Positions 46,355 through 57,951 are shown, counted from the first letter of the stretch. The stretch: DNA of 64,000 nt from Candidatus Latescibacterota bacterium (GCA_965200315.1 OZ241362.1:2496001-2560000), one strand, 5' to 3'. The notes: generated by a model from the sequence alone, not told the origin. A program made the numbers and translations.

Positions 46355-47431
46355 TCAGCCGCTGTTCAGAATTATATCGCGGTCGTCGCCGCGCAGCGGC
46401 AACTCAACCCAAGCACCGCCAGCGCGGTGGGAGGCATGAAAGGCAATGATCGCCTCTAGGGTACGCACGGCTTCCCTCGCGTCGTAGGAGAAAGGTCTCC
46501 ATCCGTCGAGCCAATTGACAATCTCGGCAACGGCTCGGTCCATGCCGCTGTCCGGGGAGGCATCGGGCAAAAACTCGCGGTCGTCGCCGCGCACGATCTC
46601 AATGTCGCGGTTGCGGCAGATGGCGTAGCCTTCGGTGCCGTGGAAGCGGTGGCGCAGTGGCGCAGTGCCGTAGTCGGCCGCGTCAACGGTGCAAATCAAG
46701 TCGCCCTGCGGCGCGCCATCGGCTGCGGGCAAATCGCGTCCAAGTCGTAGCAAGCCCCAGCCGCCGGGATCGGTGAAGGCTGCGCCGCGACAGTCGGGTT
46801 TCCCCGACAGGTCGAGAGTGCCGGAGACAGCGGTCACCGGCAGGCCGGTGACCATTTGCACGGCGTCGATCATGTGCGTACCGACGTTGCCGAGGCGGCC
46901 AGAGGTCCACTGGAGCGAGGCCGAGGTCAACGTGCCGAGGGCACCAGCGGCGATGCGGTCGCGCAGCACCCGGTAGCCGGGGTGGAAGCGCAGGTTGTGG
47001 TTGATGACGAGCAGAGCATCGGCCTTGTTGCAGGTGGACAGCATGCCCTCGGCCTCGGCGACCGTCGCCGCAACGGGCTTTTCGCAGTAGATGGCGCGAG
47101 CGCCAGCTTCTACTGCCGCTTGGGTGATCTCGGCGTGGACGGGGGTGTACGTGGCGATCGAGACGATGTCGAGGGGCGCGGCTGCGCGGAGCATCTCGCG
47201 CCAGTCGGCGAACACGGGCACCTCGTAGCGTGCATGGAAGCGCTCGCGCCGCCCACCGTCGCGGCTGCTGCCAGCAACTAAATCGATCCGGTCGTGGTTG
47301 CACAGTGCCTCCACGTGCGTACCGTCGAGGTCCTCGACGCGCTGGCCGAGGGCGTCGCCCGAGACCTGATCCGCACCTCCGATAAAGCCCAATCCCACGA
47401 TCGCTGCACGGTATCTCGTTTCTTCTGCCAT
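46355..47431 (-). CDS. Gfo/Idh/MocA family oxidoreductase
   Basis: AAIVGLGFIG, IYCEKPVA, INHNLRF and GTHMID. Confidence 0.9.
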   Translation of the reverse strand: MAEETRYRAAIVGLGFIGGADQVSGDALGQRVEDLDGTHVEALCNHDRIDLVAGSSRDGGRRERFHARYEVPVFADWREMLRAAAPLDIVSIATYTPVHAEITQAAVEAGARAIYCEKPVAATVAEAEGMLSTCNKADALLVINHNLRFHPGYRVLRDRIAAGALGTLTSASLQWTSGRLGNVGTHMIDAVQMVTGLPVTAVSGTLDLSGKPDCRGAAFTDPGGWGLLRLGRDLPAADGAPQGDLICTVDAADYGTAPLRHRFHGTEGYAICRNRDIEIVRGDDREFLPDASPDSGMDRAVAEIVNWLDGWRPFSYDAREAVRTLEAIIAFHASHRAGGAWVELPLRGDDRDIILNSG

Positions 47432-47507
47432 GGTGTTCCTCCTTAGACGTTGCTCCAAACCCATCAGGCCCCGAGGCCAAGTACCGGGGATTCGTAATTC
47501 CTAATTC

Positions 47508-48656
47508 CTAAATTCTCAAGCCGAGCACACGCGCACAGGCACCTCCCATGATCGCAGTTAGCTCTTCGGCAGAGAGGAACTCGCAATAGTCCTCAATCCA
47601 GCGGCGCGACTGGCGATAGGTGCAAAACCGGTTTTGGAAGGGCATGTCAGTACCCCACAGCAGCCGCTCGGCACCAATGCGCTCGACCATCTGCTCAAGC
47701 GTCGGCCACAGCTCGCGGTATGGGTAGTCGAACAAATCGCCGAGGCGCACCGGGAAGCAGACCTCCAAGCTCAGATTCGGATTGTCGAAGGGGGCCCATA
47801 TCTCGTCGGGCAGTTCGATCCGGCTGGGAGAACCGGCGGGATCATCGTCGAGGAAGAGACGCCACGGGAAGCCGTGCGTGAGGCTGCACAACACATCCGG
47901 GTAGCGCTCCATCCAACGCACCAAGATGTCGAGCTCGGCCAAGTAGCCGCGACGACGGCTCTCTGCGGTCTGCAACACCGATGCTTCGCCCGGCCCGGTG
48001 CCGAGCGTAAAAAACACGGGCACGCCGAGCGCGGCCACTGCCTCCCAGAACGGACGCAGATGCTCCCCGTCCCACGGATCGGAACGATAGTAGTAAGCGT
48101 GGGGCGGGTTGAACTTGATCGCGTGCAGACCATGCCGCTCGACGGCGGCGACGGTCTCGGTGATAACGGCATCGAGTTCGCCGGCCAAGCGCCACTCATC
48201 GACAGGGGCCATCGAATAGATGCGCTCTGGATCGACGGCGACTGACTCCGCTTGGAACGCGGGATCGCGGCCCAGCATGGCATCGACGTGCAACAGGACC
48301 TTATCGACGCCAGCGTAGTCCATCTCGGCCAGTAGGTTGTGCGGCGTGTACTCCAAGTGGGGCAAATTGGGCGGATAGAACTGCTTGGTGAAGTCCTCAC
48401 CGTCAATTGTCCACACCACTCGTCCCTTGTAGTGGTCAACGCGAAAGTTGACGTCGGGTAGGTTGTCGAAGTCCATGGCCCCACCGGGAGCTGCCAGCAC
48501 ATCGGAAGAAGCCGGTGCGCGGTCGCGGATGCGCCAAGCAGGCTGGTGGTGGGAGGCCTGACCGCCTTGGACCCAGCGCAGGTGGTCGGCGGCGGTGGGA
48601 TGCCCGGCCGGAGAGTCGGCGGGGGGGAAGCAGTAGGCGTGGGAGTCGATAATCAT
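47508..48656 (-). CDS. Amidohydrolase_2-like protein
   Basis: MIIDSHAY, EMDYAGVD, THGFP and RLLWGTDMP. Confidence 0.82.
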   Translation of the reverse strand: MIIDSHAYCFPPADSPAGHPTAADHLRWVQGGQASHHQPAWRIRDRAPASSDVLAAPGGAMDFDNLPDVNFRVDHYKGRVVWTIDGEDFTKQFYPPNLPHLEYTPHNLLAEMDYAGVDKVLLHVDAMLGRDPAFQAESVAVDPERIYSMAPVDEWRLAGELDAVITETVAAVERHGLHAIKFNPPHAYYYRSDPWDGEHLRPFWEAVAALGVPVFFTLGTGPGEASVLQTAESRRRGYLAELDILVRWMERYPDVLCSLTHGFPWRLFLDDDPAGSPSRIELPDEIWAPFDNPNLSLEVCFPVRLGDLFDYPYRELWPTLEQMVERIGAERLLWGTDMPFQNRFCTYRQSRRWIEDYCEFLSAEELTAIMGGACARVLGLRI

Positions 48657-48686
48657 GGGCAGCACCTTGGCAGTCGCGGCCAGAAG

Positions 48687-49592
48687 TCACGAGAGCTCGC
48701 GCGCAAATTCATAAGTCCAGTCGACGACTCGGAAACCGTGGTTGGTATAGAATAGGAAAGCGCGGTCGTTGTCAAAAGCGGTGCTGATGGCACCGTGGCG
48801 ATAGCCGCGCTCGCGCGCCAAGTACATGGCGTGTGCCAGCAGGAAGCGTCCGAGGCCGCGACCTTGGTGTTCCTCTTCCACGCCGAGCCAGTCGCAGAAC
48901 GCGAAGTCGTGGGCCTCGTCGGCAGAAGAGGATTCGGCACCGCTGACCAACTCGCACTCGCCGATACCCTCGCCATCCTGAATGGCTCGGACCCGCAATC
49001 CCGGTCGGAGACCGGCCCCGGGGCGATTCTCGACGCAAAGCTCGTAGTCGAGGCCGCTAGCATCGCCAGCCAGCTTCGGCTGCATGTCCAGCCAGTCGAG
49101 AAACACTTCGCCGCCGGTCTTGGCGTAGCCGTGGAAGCGCACCAGAGCCTGCACGTGGTCGAGGTGATCGGACAGGTAGGCGTGGGGGAAGGCGTAAAAC
49201 AGGTAACGCCAAGGTTGCGGCATGACGACGCTGCGCCGCAGATCCCGTTCGTGCATCCAAAATTCGGCCGCGGCCAACAGCGCATCGCCCACAGCGCGCT
49301 CGCCGCGGCGGTAGGCTAAAAAGCGAATCACGCCGATCTCATCCTTCTGCCACTTGTTCGTCGCTTGGCGGCCGACGTGGACGAATCCGTCGCCACCTGA
49401 GCCTGCCACAAGGACCTCCTGCTCGAGAAGCTGCGTTTCCTCGCGCTCGATTTCACCTGCCTGCAGCGTTTCATCCAGAGAGGATGGTGCCACCGGCCAG
49501 CAGTGAGGAACGCGGCCAACGAGCAGTGTGTTGTAAAGGTCGCAGATGGCGGACAGATCGTCCGTCAAATAGGGTCGGATCGCGATTGTCAT
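48687..49592 (-). CDS. Tandem GNAT N-acetyltransferase
   Basis: IRPY..DDL; C-terminal acetyl-CoA motif LGVEEEHQGRGLGRFLL and NDRAFLFYTNHGF. Confidence 0.85.
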   Translation of the reverse strand: MTIAIRPYLTDDLSAICDLYNTLLVGRVPHCWPVAPSSLDETLQAGEIEREETQLLEQEVLVAGSGGDGFVHVGRQATNKWQKDEIGVIRFLAYRRGERAVGDALLAAAEFWMHERDLRRSVVMPQPWRYLFYAFPHAYLSDHLDHVQALVRFHGYAKTGGEVFLDWLDMQPKLAGDASGLDYELCVENRPGAGLRPGLRVRAIQDGEGIGECELVSGAESSSADEAHDFAFCDWLGVEEEHQGRGLGRFLLAHAMYLARERGYRHGAISTAFDNDRAFLFYTNHGFRVVDWTYEFARELS

Positions 49593-49938
49593 GGTCGGCA
49601 AGAACGGAGGACAAGCGCGGCATCGGCTCACGTGAAACGCATGGGCGTCAGCACGATGCAGTCGTTTCTCCTAGATACATCTAACTAACTATCTGAGTCC
49701 TCTATGGAATATTTATCCTGTCCAAAGAAGGCTATATCTCTTAGAGAATGATGTCAACGAAAAGGGTCGTTTGGAAGTCTTAGCACATCGAATTCAAGGA
49801 TAGAGAGCAGCTTGACCCACTATCAGAAACGCCGTTTTATTCGGTCCTATCCACTGTCGCCTCCAACCTCGTACAACCATGACTCCAAATACCTCAAGAT
49901 ATTCTCTGCGCCGAAATCACCCGCCGTGTCATGGGGTC

Positions 49939-50142
49939 ATGCCCAAGAAAATCAGAGAATTAATCCAAGCCTTAAGAAAAGCGGGATTTTACGAAATTTC
50001 TGGTGGAGGCAAAGGATCGCATAGAAACTTTGCCCATGACCGATATCACAGCGTCGTTACACTCAGCAAAAATCTTGGGAATGACGCAAAACCGTATCAA
50101 GAAAAGCAAGTTCAAGGCGCAATGAAGCAACTTGAAAAATGA
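49939..50142 (+). CDS. hicA: HicA family mRNA interferase toxin
   Basis: MPKKIRELIQALRKAGF...GKGSHRNFAH...DAKPYQEKQV, 67 aa. Confidence 0.88.
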   Translation: MPKKIRELIQALRKAGFYEISGGGKGSHRNFAHDRYHSVVTLSKNLGNDAKPYQEKQVQGAMKQLEK

Positions 50143-50309
50143 AAGCCATTGATAGATATCATAAGCGACCGCTCGTGGATCGCTTCTCGGGCGACGGCCG
50201 CTGGATTCAGCGGCTACCCATCGCGAGTGCAGTGGTCATCATCATCGTCGGCTGCGCCATAACCTTCAAAACGCTGATGGACTCGGGGGTTATTCTCATC
50301 AATGTGTGA
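50139..50309 (+). pseudogene. HicB N-terminal stub fused to a membrane-protein C-terminus
   Basis: ATGA overlap with hicA. MKAIDRYHK is followed by the unrelated hydrophobic segment RPLVDRF...LPIASAVVIIIVGCAITF, reminiscent of RcnA/HoxN-type transporter tails. Confidence 0.5.
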
Positions 50310-50444
50310 GCATTGAGAAGCAGCGAAGTTCTAGAAAAAGATGTCCCGCCACTACGCGGTAATGGTCATGTGTGGTGCTTGACTTGATTATTGGAACTTA
50401 TATCTTTGGAGCATTGAACCCTGTTCAACAGGAGCCTTCTCCCC

Positions 50445-50645
50445 ATGAAATTCCTCCACCACTTCCTGTTAGGCTTCGCCACGCTTTTTGACCTCGCCGG
50501 CCTCCTAACTACGGAAAAGCGCACCGCGTTGCCGCAATGCTCCGATGCCGAAGCTATTTACTCCGATTGGCTAGCTGTCTTTGGAGATCTACAGGATGCT
50601 TTTCAAACGGTGACGAATGGCCCGGCGAAAGAAGAAACCGTCTAA
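50445..50645 (+). CDS. Small hypothetical protein
   Basis: AGGAG RBS, upstream TTGACT-16-TATCTT, motif DAEAIYSDW.AV.GDL..A; overlaps the DUF2335 gene. Confidence 0.6.
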   Translation: MKFLHHFLLGFATLFDLAGLLTTEKRTALPQCSDAEAIYSDWLAVFGDLQDAFQTVTNGPAKEETV

Positions 50646-51075
50646 ACCCTCCCGCCGCCGTCGGGGTCTAACCCCTCGTTCTACTACCAACAAGCCGATG
50701 TCGCCGCGCACTCGTGAGGAGCTTATCAGTGCCGAGGCGCGGTTTTTCCAAGGACCGATCCCCGATCCGCAAACCCTCCAAGAATACCAACAAGTCGATC
50801 CCAATTTTCCCGAGCGCATTTTGGCGATGGGGGAAGCCCAATCGGCCCATCGCCAGCAGCAGGAAAGGTACCACCTCAAAGGAAGTACTATAGCTCGATT
50901 CGTCGGACTCGGCTTAGCCTTTCTATCTGTGCTAGTGATTTGCGGCGTCGGCACCTACGCGATAAAACTGGGCCACGCCAAGGAAGGCTGCGGAGTCATT
51001 GCCGCTGTGGTGGTTAGCTTGGCCGGTACTTTTATCTGGGGGCGTACGAAGGTACAGCGGGAAAACGGCGAGTAA
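50617..51075 (+). CDS. DUF2335 membrane protein
   Basis: FQGPIPDPQTLQEY...PERILAMGEAQSAHR plus two TM helices. Confidence 0.85.
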   Translation: MARRKKKPSKPSRRRRGLTPRSTTNKPMSPRTREELISAEARFFQGPIPDPQTLQEYQQVDPNFPERILAMGEAQSAHRQQQERYHLKGSTIARFVGLGLAFLSVLVICGVGTYAIKLGHAKEGCGVIAAVVVSLAGTFIWGRTKVQRENGE

Positions 51076-51106
51076 CTGATCAAAGAGCAGAACGGTCTAT
51101 CACCGC

Positions 51107-52600
51107 TCAAGGAAGCTGCGTACTGCCCATCAGATAGCGGTCCACCTCGCGGGCGGCACCTCGGCCCTCGTGAATGGCCCATACGACTAGGCTCTGGCCG
51201 CGCCGCATGTCGCCAGCCGCGAAAACACCTTCGATGCTGGTGGCGTATTTTTCGTGCTCGGCGTGGGCGTTGGAGCGCTCGTCGCGCTCAACGCCGAGCT
51301 GTTCGAGCATCGCGTCCTCTGGCCCGCTAAACCCCATCGCCAACAGCACCAAGTCGGCCGGCCACACCTTCTCGGTGCTCTCGATTGGCACGGGCGTGAA
51401 GCGGCCGTTTTCATCCTTATCCCACTCAATGTTGACCGTATGTAGCTCCTTGACGCGGCCCTCGTCGTCGCCAACGAACTGCTGGGTCATAATTAGATAC
51501 GTGCGCGGGTCGTCGCCGAAGCGGGCTTTGGCCTCCTCTTGGCCGTAGTCGAGCTTATAGACGTTGGGCCACTGCGGCCAAGGGTTGTTGGGCGCACGCT
51601 CGTCCGGCGGCCGCGGCATGATCTCGAATTGCGAGAGCGTCTTGCATCCGTGGCGCATCGACGTGCCGACGCAGTCGGTGCCGGTGTCGCCGCCGCCGAT
51701 GACGATCACGTGCTTGTCCTGGGCCGAAATGTAGTTGCCGTCGGCGTGATTGGAGTCGAGCAGGCTCTGGGTGTTGGCATGCAAAAAGTCCATCGCAAAG
51801 TAGATGCCCTGCAGATCCCGCCCCTCAATCGGCAAATCGTTGGGCTTGGTGGCCCCACCGCAGAGCACGACCGCGTCGTTTCCTGCCACTAGCTCGGTCG
51901 CCGGAAGATCCACGCCGATCTCAGTGCGAGAGACGAACTTGACCCCCTCGGCCTCCATCAGATCAATCCGCCGCTGCACCACCTTTTTCTTGTCGAGCTT
52001 CATGTTGGGGATCCCGTACATCAGCAGGCCGCCGATGCGATCGGCCCGCTCGTACACAGTAACCCAGTGGCCGGCGCGGTTGAGCTGGGCGGCACAGGCC
52101 AAGCCCGCGGGGCCGGAGCCGACGACAGCGACCTTCTTGCCGGTGCGCTTGTCGGGCGGTTCGGGCACGACCCAGCCCATCTCAAAGCCCTTATCGACAA
52201 TGGCGCACTCGACGCTCTTGATCGTCACCGGCGGAGCGTTGATCCCCACCACGCAGGCCCCCTCGCAAGGTGCCGGGCAGACCCGGCCAGTAAACTCCGG
52301 GAAGTTGTTGGTCTTGTGCAATCGCTCTAGCGCCTCCTGCCACAATCCACGATAGACCAAGTCGTTCCATTCGGGGATTAGGTTGTTGATCGGGCAGCCA
52401 GAGCCTTTGTCGCCCTGACTGACGATGTCGCCCAAGTGGCAGAAGGGGATGCCGCAATCCATGCAGCGCGCACCCTGATCGCGCAGACGCCCGTCGGGAA
52501 AGTGCTCGTGGAACTCGTCCCAGTCCGCGACGCGCTCTAGCGGGTCGCGGTCTTTTGGCAACTCGCGTGCAAACTCGATGAATCCAGTGGGTTTACCCAT
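51107..52600 (-). CDS. gltD: Glutamate synthase small subunit
   Basis: [41 protein letters not shown] and [14 protein letters not shown]. Confidence 0.97.
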   Translation of the reverse strand: MGKPTGFIEFARELPKDRDPLERVADWDEFHEHFPDGRLRDQGARCMDCGIPFCHLGDIVSQGDKGSGCPINNLIPEWNDLVYRGLWQEALERLHKTNNFPEFTGRVCPAPCEGACVVGINAPPVTIKSVECAIVDKGFEMGWVVPEPPDKRTGKKVAVVGSGPAGLACAAQLNRAGHWVTVYERADRIGGLLMYGIPNMKLDKKKVVQRRIDLMEAEGVKFVSRTEIGVDLPATELVAGNDAVVLCGGATKPNDLPIEGRDLQGIYFAMDFLHANTQSLLDSNHADGNYISAQDKHVIVIGGGDTGTDCVGTSMRHGCKTLSQFEIMPRPPDERAPNNPWPQWPNVYKLDYGQEEAKARFGDDPRTYLIMTQQFVGDDEGRVKELHTVNIEWDKDENGRFTPVPIESTEKVWPADLVLLAMGFSGPEDAMLEQLGVERDERSNAHAEHEKYATSIEGVFAAGDMRRGQSLVVWAIHEGRGAAREVDRYLMGSTQLP

Positions 52601-52613
52601 TGATTTTTTCCTA

Positions 52614-55600
52614 TTAGGACGCTTCGGCCATGGCCTCGCGGAAGGCGACTAGCGCGGCCTCGTCGCCGGTCAGCCCGCGTTCCTCGACGCGCTTGAAGGC
52701 GTTGAGCATCTTGCGGTAGTCGCGCGGCATGACCTTGACGAACCGGGGCAGTACCGCGTCCCATTGGTCCAAGACCTGCTGACCGAGTGCGCTGTGAGTG
52801 TGCTGCACGTGGCGCTCGATCATGGTCCGCAGTTCGGCGATGTCCTCGGCGTCCTCTACCGGTCCCATGTCGGCCATCTCGTCGTTGAAGCGGATCGCAA
52901 AGTCGCTCTCTTCATCGAGCACGTAGGCAATGCCGCCCGACATCCCAGCGCCAAAATTGCGCCCCGTGAGGCCCAGCACCACCACCCGCCCGCCGGTCAT
53001 GTACTCGCAGCCGTGGTCGCCGACGCCCTCTACTACGGCGTGAACGCCGCTATTGCGTACGCAGAAGCGCTCGCCGGCAATGCCGTGGATATACGCCTCG
53101 CCGGAAGTGGCACCATAGAAGGCGACGTTGCCGCAGATGATGTTCTCCCACGGCACGAAGGTGGAGCCTTTGGGCGGATAGAGCACTAGCTTGGCACCCG
53201 AAAGCCCTTTGCCGAAGTAATCGTTGGCGTCGCCTTCAACCTCCATGGTCAGGCCCCTAGGAGTAAAGGCGGCAAAGCTCTGGCCAGCGGCACCCGTGAA
53301 CTTGAGGTGAATGGTGTCCTCGGGCAGGCCCTCGGGACCGTAGCACCGCGTCACCTCGCTGCCGAGGATGGTGCCCGCGACTCGGTTGGTATTTTCGATC
53401 GGCAATTCCGCCGCGACCGGCTCGCCGTTTTCAAGAGCCGGTTTGCACAGCTCCAACAAAGTGGTGTTGTCGAGCACCTCGTCTAGCCCGTGATCTTGCG
53501 GGATCTGGCAGTAGCGCCCGACCTCGAGCCCGACCTCGGGCTGGTGCAAGATCGGCGTCAAGTCGATGCCGGCCGTCTTCCACAGCGCAATGGCCTTCTT
53601 GGGCTCGAGCCGGTCGGTGCGGCCAATCATCTCATTGACCGTGCGGAAGCCGAGCGCGGCCATGATCTCGCGCATGTCCTCGGCGACAAAGCGCAGAAAG
53701 TTGACCACGTGATCGGGGGTGCCGGTGAACTTGGCGCGCAGTTCCGGATTTTGGGTCGCCACGCCCACCGGACAGGTGTCGAGATGACAGACCCGCATCA
53801 TAATGCAGCCCATTGCAACCAGCGCCGTAGTAGCGAAGCCGAATTCTTCGGCACCCAGCAACGCGGCAATGACCACGTCGCGCCCGGTCTTGAGCTGGCC
53901 GTCGGTCTCGACGACGATGCGGCTGCGCAGGTCGTTGAGCACCAGCGTCTGGTGAGTTTCGGCCAGCCCCAGTTCCCAAGGCAGGCCGGCGTGCTTAATC
54001 GAAGTCTGCGGCGAAGCTCCGGTGCCGCCGTCGTGGCCCGAAATCAGCACCACATCCGCGTGGCCCTTGGCCACCCCCGCGGCGACCGTGCCGACCCCGA
54101 ACTCGGAGACCAGCTTGACGTTGATGCGCGCATTGACGTTTGAATTTTTGAGATCGTGGATTAGCTGCGCCAAGTCCTCAATCGAGTAGATGTCGTGGTG
54201 CGGCGGCGGCGAGATTAGCTCCACGCCCGGGGTCGAGTGGCGCACCTTGGCAATCCAAGGATAGACCTTGGGACCGGGCAACTCGCCGCCCTCGCCCGGC
54301 TTGGCACCTTGAGCCATTTTGATTTGCAACTCTTTGGCTTGGGTCAGATAGTGGCTCGTCACACCGAAACGACCGGAGGCCACCTGCTTGATGGCACTGT
54401 TTTTGGAGTCGCCGTTGGGCTCGATCACGTAGCGGGCCGGGTCTTCGCCGCCCTCGCCGGTATTGCTCTTGCCGCCGAGGCGGTTCATGGCGATGGCCAA
54501 GCCTTCGTGTGCCTCCTTGCTGATCGAGCCGTAGGACATCGCCCCGCTCTTGAAGCGCCGGGTGATCTCCTCAACCGGCTCGACCTCCTCAATGGGCACC
54601 GGCTCGCCATCGCCCTTGAACTCCAACAGGCTTCGCAACGTGGCCAAGCGCTCGGATTGGTCGTTGATCAACTCGGCGTACTGCTTGTACACCGCGTAGT
54701 CGTTGGCGCGCGACGCCCTCTGCAGCAGGTGGATCGTCTTGGGGTTGAACAGGTGATGCTCGCCGCCCTTGCGCCATTGATAGTGCCCGCCCACATCGAG
54801 GGTGCGGCCGTTGGTCGGAATCCGGGGAAAAGCCGCCTCGTGGCGCACTAGGGCCTCGCGGGCAATGTCCTCAAGGCCCATGCCCTTCACTTGGGTCGTG
54901 GTCCAAGTAAAGTACTGATCTACCACTTCTTGATTCAGCCCCACGGTCTCGAAAATCTGCGCTCCCCGATACGACTTGATCGTCGAGATGCCCATCTTGG
55001 CCATCACCTTGACCGTGCCCTTGATCGCCGCGTAGATGTAGCGCTCCTCGGCCTCCTCATAGGTATAGCCTTCGAGCATGTTTTCGCGGATCATGTCGTT
55101 GAGGCTCTCAAAAGCCATGTAGGGGTTGATCGCCTGAGCACCGTAGCCCAAAAGCAGGCAGAAGTGATGCACCTCGCGCGGCTCGCCCGACTCGAGCGCC
55201 AAGCCGACGCGAGTGCGAGTCTCCAGCCGCACCAAGTGATGGTGGACCCCAGACACGGCCAACAGCGCCGGAATCGGCGCGTGGTCGGCATCTATTCCCC
55301 GGTCCGAGAGGATGATCAGGTTGCACCCCTCGGCGATGGCCGCATCGACCTTGGCGCACAGCGCGTCCATGGCTTTGGCGAGGCCGGCCTCGCCGTCTTG
55401 GCGCTTGAACAGGATCGGAATCGTCTCCGCCTTGTGGCCAGAGAGATTGACCTGCCGCAGCTTTTCCAGCTCGTCGTTTTTGAGAACCGGCCGCTGCAAG
55501 GTAATCTGGCGGCAGCTTGCCGGCTCGGGCACCAGCAAATTGCGCTCGGGGCCGATTTTGGTCTCGGCCGAGGTAATCAATTCCTCGCGCAACGGGTCGA

Positions 55601-57194
55601 GCGGAGGATTGGTAACTTGGGCGAAGTGCTGCTTGAAGTAGTTGTAGAGAAGCTGCGGTCGCTCCGCCAGCGCCGCCAGCGCCGCGTCGTTGCCCATGGA
55701 ACCGACCGGGTCCTTGAGCACCTGGACCATCGGCTTGAGGAAGACGCGCAGGTCTTCAAACGTATAGCCGAAGGCCTGCTGCCAGTGAAGCACTTCCTCG
55801 TGGCTTTCTAACAAGGGCGTACCTTCAGCTTCGGGCAGGTCCTCGAGCGCGACTAGGTTGGCGTCGAGCCACGCCTGATAGGGATGCTCGGTGGCGATCT
55901 GGTGCTTGATCTCCTCGTCGCTGATGATTCGGCCCTCCGCCGTATCGACCAAGAGCATTCGGCCCGGTTGTAGCCGGCCTTTGAAGACGACGTCCTCCGG
56001 CGGAATGCTCAGTACGCCCGTCTCCGAGGACAGCACCAAGGTATCGTCTTTGGCAATGTAGTAGCGCGAGGGCCTGAAGCCGTTGCGGTCGAGCATGCCG
56101 CCGACGACGACTCCATCGGTAAAGGCCACCGAGGCCGGCCCGTCCCACGGCTCCATCAGGCAGCTATGGTACTCGTAAAAGGCCCGCTTCTCAGTGCTCA
56201 TGGTCTCGTGGTTTTCCCAAGGCTCGGGAATCATCATCATCACCGCGTGCGCCAACGAGCGCCCCCCCAAGGTCAGCAGTTCGAGCGCATTGTCGAATTT
56301 GGCCGAATCAGAACCGTCTTCGTGGATGATGGGGAAGAGCTTGGCGATGTCATCGCCGAAGTACTCGGACGCCAGCATCCCCTCGCGCGCACGCATCCAA
56401 TTGCCGTTGCCGCGCACGGTGTTTATCTCGCCGTTGTGGATGATATAGCGGTAGGGGTGCGCCCGCTCCCAGCTCGGGAAGGTGTTGGTGCTAAAGCGCG
56501 AATGCACCAATGCAATGGCCGCCTCGAAGCGCTCGTCGCTCAAATCGGAGAAGTAGTCCACGACTTGGTCGGAGATCAGCATGCCCTTATAGACGATGGT
56601 GCGGGAAGAAAGACTGGCCAAATAAAAGAAGTCCCCAGCGGCAATTTCGCCACTGTAGCGAATCGCGTTTTCGGCGCACTTGCGGATGACGTAGAGCTTG
56701 CGCTCAAAGGCCAGCGCGTCGTCGCCTCGCACCTCGCCGCGACCGATAAAGACCTGGCGCTGAACTGGCTCGCGCAGCTTGGCGGTGTGGCCCAATGCAG
56801 CGTTGTGGGTGGGCACATCCCGCCAGCCGAGAAGGCGCTGGCCCTCTTGTTCGACGATGCGGACGAAGCGCTCTTCGCAGACTTGACGCTGAATCGGGTC
56901 GGGCGGCAAAAACAACATGCCCACTCCGTACTCGCCCGGCGAGGGCAACTCAAAGTCGCAGATGGCACGAAAGAACTTGTGGGGCAACTGCACCAACACG
57001 CCGGAACCATCGCCCGTATTGGCCTCGCAACCGCAGGCACCTCGGTGCTTGAGATGCTCCAAGACCTCCAAGGATTGGCGCACCAATTTGTGCGATTTGT
57101 AGCCCTTGATGTTGACTACAAAGCCGATCCCACAGGCGTCGCTTTCGCGGACTGGATCGTAAAGACCCTGTTTTTGCGGGTATCCGTGGGTCAT
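52614..57194 (-). CDS. gltB: Glutamate synthase large subunit
   Basis: [62 protein letters not shown] and GCEYMTGG. Start assigned to MTHGYPQ. Confidence 0.97.
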   Translation of the reverse strand: MTHGYPQKQGLYDPVRESDACGIGFVVNIKGYKSHKLVRQSLEVLEHLKHRGACGCEANTGDGSGVLVQLPHKFFRAICDFELPSPGEYGVGMLFLPPDPIQRQVCEERFVRIVEQEGQRLLGWRDVPTHNAALGHTAKLREPVQRQVFIGRGEVRGDDALAFERKLYVIRKCAENAIRYSGEIAAGDFFYLASLSSRTIVYKGMLISDQVVDYFSDLSDERFEAAIALVHSRFSTNTFPSWERAHPYRYIIHNGEINTVRGNGNWMRAREGMLASEYFGDDIAKLFPIIHEDGSDSAKFDNALELLTLGGRSLAHAVMMMIPEPWENHETMSTEKRAFYEYHSCLMEPWDGPASVAFTDGVVVGGMLDRNGFRPSRYYIAKDDTLVLSSETGVLSIPPEDVVFKGRLQPGRMLLVDTAEGRIISDEEIKHQIATEHPYQAWLDANLVALEDLPEAEGTPLLESHEEVLHWQQAFGYTFEDLRVFLKPMVQVLKDPVGSMGNDAALAALAERPQLLYNYFKQHFAQVTNPPLDPLREELITSAETKIGPERNLLVPEPASCRQITLQRPVLKNDELEKLRQVNLSGHKAETIPILFKRQDGEAGLAKAMDALCAKVDAAIAEGCNLIILSDRGIDADHAPIPALLAVSGVHHHLVRLETRTRVGLALESGEPREVHHFCLLLGYGAQAINPYMAFESLNDMIRENMLEGYTYEEAEERYIYAAIKGTVKVMAKMGISTIKSYRGAQIFETVGLNQEVVDQYFTWTTTQVKGMGLEDIAREALVRHEAAFPRIPTNGRTLDVGGHYQWRKGGEHHLFNPKTIHLLQRASRANDYAVYKQYAELINDQSERLATLRSLLEFKGDGEPVPIEEVEPVEEITRRFKSGAMSYGSISKEAHEGLAIAMNRLGGKSNTGEGGEDPARYVIEPNGDSKNSAIKQVASGRFGVTSHYLTQAKELQIKMAQGAKPGEGGELPGPKVYPWIAKVRHSTPGVELISPPPHHDIYSIEDLAQLIHDLKNSNVNARINVKLVSEFGVGTVAAGVAKGHADVVLISGHDGGTGASPQTSIKHAGLPWELGLAETHQTLVLNDLRSRIVVETDGQLKTGRDVVIAALLGAEEFGFATTALVAMGCIMMRVCHLDTCPVGVATQNPELRAKFTGTPDHVVNFLRFVAEDMREIMAALGFRTVNEMIGRTDRLEPKKAIALWKTAGIDLTPILHQPEVGLEVGRYCQIPQDHGLDEVLDNTTLLELCKPALENGEPVAAELPIENTNRVAGTILGSEVTRCYGPEGLPEDTIHLKFTGAAGQSFAAFTPRGLTMEVEGDANDYFGKGLSGAKLVLYPPKGSTFVPWENIICGNVAFYGATSGEAYIHGIAGERFCVRNSGVHAVVEGVGDHGCEYMTGGRVVVLGLTGRNFGAGMSGGIAYVLDEESDFAIRFNDEMADMGPVEDAEDIAELRTMIERHVQHTHSALGQQVLDQWDAVLPRFVKVMPRDYRKMLNAFKRVEERGLTGDEAALVAFREAMAEAS

Positions 57195-57234
57195 TTTAAT
57201 TTTCCCTTGCTCAATCTTCTGAAAAAGAAGGTTT

Positions 57235-57333
57235 AATATATGAATTGCGGCTACGCTGTCAAACACCCTTACGCCAGTTTCCACAACTTTCTTGAAATAT
57301 CCCTTGACAGCACTATCGTATATGGCCTAAATT
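57235..57333. promoter_or_regulatory. Back-to-back sigma70-like promoters for gltBD and the divergent regulator
   Basis: Minus strand: TTGACA (57262-57257)-16-TATATT. Plus strand: TTGACA (57304-57309)-18-TAAATT. Confidence 0.55.
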
Positions 57334-57369
57334 GCGCTAAATTTTACTTTTAAATGGACAATTCAGGCC

Positions 57370-57945
57370 ATGAGACATTTTGACGAACAAGAACTGCAGA
57401 TCGTCCGCACCCTCATCCGCAACCCCCGCTGCTCGGACAATCGCATCAGCACCTTGACCGGCGTGCCGGTGCGCACCGTCAGCCGCAAGCGCACCCGCCT
57501 CGAACAGGAAGACATCCTCTTCTACTACGCGGCGGTCGATATGCAGGCCCAAGGCACGGGCCGCTTCTCGACCCAGCACATGCTCACCATCAAGTTTAAA
57601 CTGGGCATCACCCGCAGCCAGATCGTGCAGGAAATCCGCTCCGAACCCAATGTCGCCAACGTCTTCAGCGAGCTAATCCGCGACAGCTATATCGCCGAAG
57701 TAGATGGCCACATCGCGTTGGTGATGGTCGTCGAAGGCGAGTCCGACAGCGATGTGGCTGAAAGTGTCCAAGGTAAGATCATCCCCTCGCTGCAAAAAAA
57801 CCACGGCGAGGACTCCATCCAAGAGATGCAAACCATCCGCCTGTTGGACCCCATCAGGCGGATGCACAACTATTTGCCCATGGTAAATACGCAGGCGGGG
57901 TTCATCGTGGAATCTTGGCCCGACGACGCTATTTTCGTCGAGTAA
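57370..57945 (+). CDS. Lrp/AsnC-like transcriptional regulator
   Basis: N-terminal FDEQELQIVRTLIRNPRCSDNRIS..TGVPVRTVSRKRTRLEQE HTH; divergent from gltB. Confidence 0.7.
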   Translation: MRHFDEQELQIVRTLIRNPRCSDNRISTLTGVPVRTVSRKRTRLEQEDILFYYAAVDMQAQGTGRFSTQHMLTIKFKLGITRSQIVQEIRSEPNVANVFSELIRDSYIAEVDGHIALVMVVEGESDSDVAESVQGKIIPSLQKNHGEDSIQEMQTIRLLDPIRRMHNYLPMVNTQAGFIVESWPDDAIFVE

Positions 57946-57951
57946 CGGCCC

